Position numbers and translations under genes: made by a program. The notes under the pieces are model-generated. The model saw nothing but the letters and a program-made list of their open reading frames with translations, ran no database searches and had not been told where the DNA came from. Shown one piece after another: positions 34,782 through 43,263 of a stretch of 43,263 nt of DNA. Each line of letters begins with the position of its first letter. The first letter of the stretch is position 1. Origin of the DNA: Chara braunii. Lineage: Eukaryota > Plantae > Charophyceae. The DNA is taken from positions 4,709,433 to 4,752,695 of the forward strand of contig BFEA01000020.1 of assembly GCA_003427395.1 (NCBI GenBank). The letters run 5' to 3'.

Positions 34782-35871
34782 GTTGACGTGGCTTCGGGAG
34801 ATGCATTGCTTACATGGCATGACGAGTCGTACTGACGTGGCACTAAATGAAGAAGTAGAGGGTTACATTGTCTGATGTGACACTTACTGAAGTATCACGA
34901 CTTACCTGTTGACGTGAGATTTCCGAAGAAGCAGCAACACACCAGGTTGACGCACGTTTGACTACGGTCCACCAGTTTAACTTTTCATTCAATTTATTAT
35001 TAGGAAAAATTATTGTATCAAGATTTGAATATTTGAAAAATTTCAGTTTAATTCGACTGCCTATGGGCGCGCAAGTGTTTGGTTTTCCTCCTGGTAGATG
35101 TGTTATACACCATTTTCCTAAAATAACTTTTATTCGTTTTTTTTTTTAGTATAACTTTTCAAAAATACAAAACCAACCCCAAAAACATAAGTCTTGATCA
35201 ATCAAGCAAGTTGATAAAAAACGCAATAGCATACTTAAACTGACATTTCAGTGATCACATACGGATTGGGCAGTCTCTTGATGCTTACGTGGCTACGAAG
35301 TACCTTCACTTTTGATTGCCTCACTGGCCATTGATGCTGATGTGGCACCTCTCGTGATGATGTGTCACTTTGGTTTGATTGGAGTATGATACGTGGCATA
35401 TATGACTTCGTTGCCATCCGCTGAAGATTGGTGGGAACTACTTGCACCTGTGCGGACTCACTGTACAATATGAGACTATGTTGTAGTGTCACGCGTCATA
35501 ACTTTTGAGTGGACATACAACCATTTGCGCAAGGACGGTGAGAGGAATATCAACTAACACATTGTTGATTGTTATATTGCTGATTTATTGATGATACTCA
35601 GCTGTCGTGGGTTATCTTATGGATGTCTACAAACTCACTATAGTGTTGTTGTCTTGATCACACTAGTCGTGGTTGCGGAACCTGTGGACAAGCTATAGGA
35701 AAACATCAAAAGAAGAACAATCACCAGAATTATATATATAAAAACTGAGATTTTTTTTCTTGTAGATTTTTTTTTTCTTCTTGTTGTATTCCTTGAAATT
35801 CGATTGAAGTGTAGCCGTGAAATTTGTAATTGTTATTTAAAGTTTATTGTGCGGTAGACACATCGGGGAAG

Positions 35872-36730
35872 ATGACCTACCGCTGGAACTGGTTGCGAGC
35901 GTTTATTCTTACTCGATCCATTCCTCTCCTTTTCTTTATTATCTTGATCACTTTCTTCGTCGATGAAGAAAGTGGAGTAATGGGAACCCGTGGCCAAGTG
36001 GAAGGAAAACAGCAGCAAAAGTTGGACTGTCTTCAGCAATTGCTCACTAAATTGCACGACGTTGTGTCAGATGTTGAGCAGCATGTTCGCATCCAGTTCG
36101 ATCTGCGTGCTGCAAAAACCGAACTTTTAAGGGCTGAAACTGTTGTTCAGATGTTGGAGGTCAGTGAGAGAGTACAGCAGACTATTGAAAAGAGACGAAA
36201 GTCCCTCAATCACTTTATTGCTGAGCAATTTGTCAAGATAGTTGGTGGTGAGCCCAAAGAAGACGGGAAAGGAGAAGCAAGCGAGCGAAAAAAAGAGTCT
36301 GAATTGACAAAAGAGATAATCAACCACACAATTAAGCAGTTGCAAGTTGCATTGGAAGCATAATTGAAGGAAAAATAAGAATATCAGAGGCAGCGAAAGG
36401 AATACAAGCAACAAGCAAGAATAGTTCAAGAAATAAAACAAAAATTAAATGTTGGAGATTCAGAAATTGACGTGGCGATTATGTTGCAAAACATGATGGC
36501 TTACCTAAGACATCTATAAATTACGATCGATAGTGTCAACACATTGGAAGCATAATTGAATAAGAAATAAGAGTACCAGAGGTAACAAAATGAATAGGAG
36601 CAACGAGCAAGAATAGTACAAAAAATAAAACAAAAACTCAATGTTGGAGATTCAGAAACTGACGTGGCTATTATGTTGCAAAACATGATGGCTTACCTAC
36701 ACATCTATAAATCAAGATTGATAGTGTCAC
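35872..36730 (+). pseudogene. Decayed ORF: N-terminal hydrophobic segment plus coiled coil, with an about 192-bp internal tandem duplication
   Basis: ORF to 36363 continues in frame past TAA stops (LEA*LKEK*EYQRQRKEYKQQARIVQEIKQKLNVGDSEIDVAIMLQNMMAYL, repeated twice). Family not recognised. Confidence 0.5.
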
Positions 36731-37124
36731 CGCAGAACCGCAAATGGTGATAAGGCTTGTAAAAGTAAAAAATAAAGTTGTGCATGAAAAGATAGCGGAG
36801 GAAAGGGAAGAAAAAAAAAGTCTCATGAAAAGTTAACGAAAGACGTCATGAAACCCCGAGACCCGAAAACAACTAAGCCCGTTAAGAAAGAATCACCAAA
36901 AAAGAAAGAATGAGAGAAACCGAAAAGGAAATAAAATGTTAAAATAAAATTTTTATTTACCTACAACGGTAAAAGAGGGGGACAACGATCACTTTACCCT
37001 ATTTAAATTGCATGATCACTGCAAGTAGCCTTGTACCTTTCCTTATAAACATAACCTCATGTCTAAACGTTTTTCCCATCAATGTGATAGTGATCACTTG
37101 CCTCTTATTATACTCGTGTACTAA

Positions 37125-37250
37125 CCTTTATGCAAACATGTTTTGTTTACCAAAGGAACAAACCCTCTAATGAGAATCCTTTGAGACCACTACAACCACT
37201 ACCTATTCCAAATGAGCCAGGTGAGTCAATCTCGATCGACTTCACGAGTC
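37125..37250 (+). mobile_element. Ty3/gypsy integrase fragment
   Basis: TCFVYQRNKPSNENPLRPLQPLPIPNEPGESISIDF is the CxxC-LQPLPIP-SxDF motif. Confidence 0.85.
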
Positions 37251-38394
37251 TCACCAAAAAAAGTATGTCATGTTCGTTCCTTTACCATCAGAAGTTTGAA
37301 CGGAACTCGTTATCCAAAAGTTTCAGATGCATACCTTCCCTCTCCGAATTTTCAATTTGCCCGTTCTCGAAACGCGCATCACACATTGAGACAAAAAAAA
37401 AAAAAAATTCCTAGGATTAAGCGAATTGTAAATAATAAAGAGTGACATGATTTCATCAGGAATACATCTAAATACAAACTTGTTAGCAATAGAAGGGCGT
37501 AGTAGCCTAACAATGGAGTTGGGCGTAGGTGCATCTGGAGATAAGATATTCACCAATGTCGTTGCCCATCCGAGCTTGAAAACGCAATAAACCAAACAAC
37601 ATCTCGAGTTTGCGTGAGAGACAAGAGGAGGAGACGAATCTCAAAATTGTTGAACTAACGTTTTTTCAGTGTAATAAAAGTTCTATGTTTAGTTGTTTTG
37701 CTACCGAGGGTGCCGATAGTGGATAAAAAACTGTGATAAGTCAATTAGGAATGAGAGTGCTCACTTTTAATTTTAGAGGATTCACCTTCATTACCTTCAT
37801 AAGAACTCATACGTCTTTGCTTACCCTGTCTTGTGCTTCTGACTCTGTTCAGTGGATCCCTGGATGGAGAGGGGTTGGTTGAGGTTAGTCGTTGAGACGA
37901 AAGTGATGTCTGAATATTGGTTGGATGTACTTCAGCAGTTGGAGTATTGTTGGTCATCAATCGACTGACGGTCATCCTTGGTACTGCAGGTGGTCTCGAA
38001 GCAAGACGATTTCCAACTCCTGTTGAAGGATCTTGATGAAAAGGAGGAAGCCGAAAGGATGAAACGCAGAGTTGGCTGACGACAAATGATGCAAGTAGGA
38101 GGGGTGACCATTCTATAAATATGAATGAACTTAATTCCAGTTAGCATCATTAGGATCGAGCATATGTGGAGGAAGGTTACCATGACCAAGACCGATCCCT
38201 GGGGATACAAGCGGATTGAAACGGATATTATCGTGCGTACCTCCTTGTTGCACTTGCGAGGTACCACCCTACACATGCGATGCTGGTGATTGAGGACGTG
38301 GGTCAAGAGGGAGTTGATAGCGAGGAACAAATGACTAAACTTGCTCTTCAGCATTCGCTCCATACCCCTGAGCATTACCACCTACCGTCTGCGT

Positions 38395-39140
38395 CAATTG
38401 ATTGCCTCTTCTGCATTCATTTTCTAGGTGGAAAACATCTCTGCAACGACAATATCTAGGCATATCGGTAAAGGCTAGCTTAACTTATAGAGAATCTCCA
38501 TCGAAGGTATTAATTTATATCTTATTCTTCATATTCGGCATGCATGTCAAATTCAGATTGAACGTTATATTTATCAGTGAAAGCTTCATCCGATTTCGTT
38601 CCGCCGGATGAGTAAGCTTGACTTAGCCGATCGCTCTTCTCATATGATTTTTCAGGTAAATAATGCCGTCAAGAGGAACCTGAACAACAATCACCCAAAA
38701 GGTAGCCTCGTCTTCTTCCCTATGCTGGGATCTCGGTTGAGCCTTGGTGAGCCACAATTTGAACTTCAGAGTGTAAGACATGTTGCGCAGAGTAACAATG
38801 TCACTCCATTTGTTTATCAACCACGTCAATACTCTTGGTTAAGTAAGAAACCCCATTCGAACTTCCTATCTTCACCCTTCCTCTTCGAAAAGCAGTCGGA
38901 TCAAACGTTCCAACATTTGTCTTCCAATCTTCATAAGCTCGAACAATATCGTCTTTGATCTTGCATGATAAGAATCTTGCATCTTCTCTGAAGATAGACG
39001 TGACAGTGTGCTGCTTTAATCATGTGATCTTGGCCTGATTTATGCTTGCGTTCACCTTGAAACAATTGTTTTCTCATCCACCGATATTTATCCTGGATCG
39101 ATGTTTGATGGGATGATTCCTTTTTCATAATAGAGGCGAA
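38395..39140 (-). mobile_element. Decayed LINE (L1-like) ORF1
   Basis: ...FWVIVVQVPLDGIIYLKNHMRRAIG...PRYCRCRDVFHLENECRRG is a degenerate CX2CX4HX4C knuckle after an ORF1-type linker; internal stops. Confidence 0.65.
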
Positions 39141-40782
39141 TAATCTCTCTTATGCGACTATTCTTTGATGAAATAAATCGGAGCTACATAAAATGATACC
39201 GTAGCTCAAGCTTGCTAACCAATTCAATGAGTATTCAAGGTTTGCGATGAAGCATGGGGTAGCAATGAAGAACTCTACTCTTAACGTTTTCCTGATGAAT
39301 ATTTAATAACTTAGCAACCCCGCTGTCTGTGATGGGCCTCCTAAACCGTGATGATAAGGTTTGTCTCATAAAAAATCATGTATCCCGCAACAAGAGTATT
39401 GAAAAAAACTAGTGAAATCATATCGAGTAAACTAGTGAACCGGTGAGTGAGCAACAAGTCATGAGGGTGAAAAAAATAGCGTATTACAAATTTAGGGATA
39501 AAGATGAGAAAAAACAATATGAGCATGTAGAGAAAGAGACGAGGAGGGTGGGGTTAGAAAGGTGAACAACTATGCATGAGCAATCTTTATATGGGGAATG
39601 AAAAACCTTTACTCCTATCGTTTTCCTTAGCAAACTACCCAGATCTTGGAAACAAAGCTACATCGGAGGTTATTATAGAACATGATACTAAGGATTCAAA
39701 AGATAAAATCCCATCGAAGCTCATGATATTCCGAAAAAGGAGGGAGGGGACGATCCTAGTGGTACCTTAGCGGATAATATGGCAAATCAGGGGGAAAAGG
39801 CAAGATATGAAGGTGAAAATGTAGCGTATTACAGATATGGGGATAAAGGTGAGAAAGAGAGGATTTGAGCGTGTAGAGAATAAATGAGGGGGTAGGGATG
39901 AAAAAGTGAGCAGTTATTCGTGAGCAATCGTAATGTGAAACGACAAACACTAAATGCACAGGCGGTTTGAAAACCACTTTACTGGATAACTAAGAAATTG
40001 TGACTATTCAACGTTTAGGGTCATTCCAAACATGCACTATGGAGTCTACAAAACTGAGAAAACAACTCGACGCGACGACGAAGCGAGGCGTATCGATCCC
40101 CATATCCATCGCGCATCTATCCTGGTGGTAGGTGTTGCGATTGCATGTACTGTGCGTTACCGCACGTTCTCACCTGGTCTGAGTGTTGTGTTAGCGTCGA
40201 CGGAAGCGAACCGTTAGGCCCCAAAAAATATCCTCGGTTTTATCTCCGGAATGAATGGATCCTATTAGAAGGTTGATGCATAGTGTTCCACCAATTTACA
40301 GGGGGAAAGAAAATGACAAATTCATTTGGCGCCCCTGTAATTTGCGTTATTTCACGTTGCGCCTCTCCGACGATCGATTTACCTCGTTGCGCCCCTCTGA
40401 GCAGGGTTCAAATTTTTCATAAGACCCCAGTGTCATTTGGGCCTCAAATCATTTCGTTACACCCCTACTGGTACCGCTCCCTAATTTGCAGGATGCCCCT
40501 ACCATATGGCCGTTAAAAGCCAGCGAGAAAATTTTCAAGATGCCCCTACCGGTACCATCCATCTTTTTAGCACGCCCTTGTTGTCGTTGGAGGCACTCTG
40601 GGGCATTCCCCCCGGGCCTGTGAGGGAGTTACCGGGGCGTGGCATAAATTTGTCAACGACCCTATATTTTTGTCGCGCCTTTGCTTGCGTACAACGAAAG
40701 TAGGTCAATGTGGTTGGTGATTTTAGCCTATGCGGCCTCTCTGCGATGCAAATTTTCCTTGCTCTCTCTCTCTCTCTCTCTA

Positions 40783-40992
40783 TGCCCTTCTTATGAGTGA
40801 GAGGCACGAGTGATTTTCTTGTTCTTGCACATGGTTTTCCTTTTCATTTGGGGCCTCTCATTACCATGTCAAATGCTACAGTTGCTCTGTGCCCTTCTTA
40901 TGAGTGAGAGGCACGAGTGACTTTCTTGTTCCTGCACATGGTTTTCCTTTTCATGTGGGGCCTCTCATTACCATGTCAAATGCTACAGTTGC
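40783..40992. repeat. 107-bp tandem duplication
   Basis: tgcccttcttatgagtgagaggcacgagtga...gctacagttgc twice. Confidence 0.92.
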
Positions 40993-41039
40993 ATGATGGT
41001 GGGGTCGTAACTTTATGGAATGGCAATCCGATAACCTCA

Positions 41040-41620
41040 CTCTGGAGATTGAACACCTTCTAGTCAAAATTGTAATTTTCTGAATGTATCTAACTCGAAG
41101 TACTTGTCAAACTTCAATTGAGGGAATTGTGGTACGTGTATCGTATGGATGAATCGAACGCGTACTTGGTATTTTGCTTCGTTTGCCTTCTGTTCATCTT
41201 TGAGATTGCCCCTCATTCATTCCAAATATTTCATGGTTTGATAAGTGCTTCGGTCAAGATCCATAAACATTTCATCTTTGGTCAGGATCCATGTTCGACA
41301 CCCTTTCTCATGGTCCGGGGCCTGAATGTAGGTGGATATTAGGATAGGTTCAGACGTTAAAACTGGATAGCAAGTTGCAATGATGTTCTCTCCAAAAGGC
41401 ATAAAATAGTGGTTGGACCTAATGCACCTGTGAAGGCTGAGACCACCTGGGGTACGTGTTCTGAATGTTGAGAGTCATGGGTACCACATTGGATACAATG
41501 AATAACCCAGACATTCAAGTTTACCCAACACTCGTAATATTGCTCAACCTCGAGGGAGAATTAGGCAGAACTCTTGGTTAAAGGAGGAGCTCGGGGTGAG
41601 GAAGAAGACCTTCATGGAGG
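41040..41620 (-). mobile_element. Possible LINE ORF2 C-terminal remnant
   Basis: LWILTEALIKP*NIWNE*GAISK resembles the W-x-IW-x-ER-N motif near L1 ORF2 ends; weak. Confidence 0.35.
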
Positions 41621-43263
41621 GCTGGTGGTAGAAAGGAGTAGACCTAGGCTATAGACGTAGAAAAAACTATAACCAATTATCGATGTCCTCATCATAAACA
41701 ATTTTCCTGTGATTAACCCTCAAAACATCAGGTTGCCCAAAATGCAACTATAATGACGGTCATTGTAGACACGGTCATCATAACCATACGTTGCAAAACT
41801 TTGATAAATCGACAGCGCCCGCGCGCACGCGAGAGAGAGAGAGAGAGAGAGAGTCACCATCGCCCACGTCAACTGGAAGGACACAAAATTGAAGACTACT
41901 CACAACAGGATCAACATGCCTTTTTGCGTGCGAAAAACACTGATGCTGTCTCTTCGATCTTGCGTCCTTCCAGTTGTACGGTGATTAGACTTCGATCTTG
42001 TGAAGTAAAAGGACACAAAATCGACAACTTGCAAGGACACAACCTCTGTAGAACTAGAAGGACACAAGATCAAAGTCTAATCACCCCCACTCCCAACAGA
42101 AAAAATGCAAGGCAAAAAATTATGCTTTTCAACGTTTACCGTGAGTTGATACGACTTTAATATATCCTTACATATGTACATGTCATATTTTCTTGCGTTG
42201 AAAATTTGTTTATTTGTATTTTGTAATCAGTTGGTGTGTTTATTTGTACTATGTAATCAGTTTGTTAGTGTTTATCGAACTCATGTCAATGTGTCCCAAC
42301 ACATTTAAACATGTACCAACTAACTTCCAACTTAAAAAGAGTATCTTTGAACTTCGTCTTAGCACCGTACTTTTTCTCTGGGGTGTACCGAAGAAAACGT
42401 ACGCGCATTTTCAGGAAACATAGTCGAAGAGCGCAAAGAGGTGATAAACATTGTCACGTGTACTACAATTGACATATAAAAATATATTGTATACACGAGA
42501 CGGACGTAGTTATTGGTTTAAAAAAATGCATACAACTTGCACACTTAATATATTTATAAAGCAGCTTAACTTATGTCCACCTTCTGCGTACTTTGTTTAT
42601 AGGATATTTTTTTGTTATGTTAATATAAACAATTACCCGTGTTTGTGATCGTTGGTTTGCTACAATTCATTTGTCTATCTTATCGGAGGTCGTGATATAC
42701 GTTCTATACTTCATAGGTTGGACACACACTCGTGTGCGTAGAGTTGTGCCAGTTAATCTTTACTTTTATTAAAATTGTGTGTGTCCGTGAAACATGCAGC
42801 ACATTAACATGTCTTAGTCGACAGGTGCATCGTACTTCGATGCACAATTACACCCCGATGTCTGGAATGCGCACGCACCTGCCTACCACGACATGTTGAC
42901 CGCAAAATCAGTGCACCGAAGTGTTGATGACGGACAATTGAACCAGAAAATGCATAACATCTAATTGGTTGACGTCTAACCGTTTATTTTGATGTTGGTG
43001 AGTGTTCATATTATGTAATCCTAACATGTATGGGTCGACATGCGCTTCGTACATCTATAGAAACTATACAAATTTTCCCATAAGTGGACGGGCTCCGGGC
43101 CATCATGCCCGGGCATGTGTGAGCGTCGGGAAACCCTGGTACGACAAAAGTTGTTCAAAAAAAAAAAAAAAAAAAACCTCGCGGTCCGGGGGTTTTCTAC
43201 TCTCTCCGAGATGAGCCCGAATCCGTCCTTGCGTCTTCTTCTGCTAACAGACTGTCAAGGAGG

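Overview
Eukaryotic nuclear DNA from a repeat-rich streptophyte genome; intron sizes, TE types and the nad4 fragments suggest a charophyte alga such as Chara (inference). The one clear host gene is a 15-coding-exon BZW / eIF5-mimic (5MP, W2-domain) gene on the + strand, 1494-16808. I reconstructed it by hand from GT-AG junctions with consistent phase; exon 5 runs into a 350-N gap. Its AUG is in a poor initiation context (TTT-ATG-A), matching the described autoregulatory signature of BZW genes. Intron 3 holds tandem copies of the exon-3 splice donor and a mitochondrial nad4 fragment. Downstream lies decayed TE sequence: a minus-strand Ty3/gypsy gag-pol (about 21.4-29.1 kb) with tandemly amplified gag, an RT split by a 1.7-kb insert carrying a second copy of the same nad4 segment, and a partial organellar-type tRNA-His. 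Further on are LTR/PBS, LINE and integrase remnants and a coiled-coil pseudogene. An untrimmed Nextera mate-pair junction adapter at 30196-30233 marks a probable assembly artefact. I found no CRISPR or prokaryotic system. Most ORFs in the supplied track are spurious.
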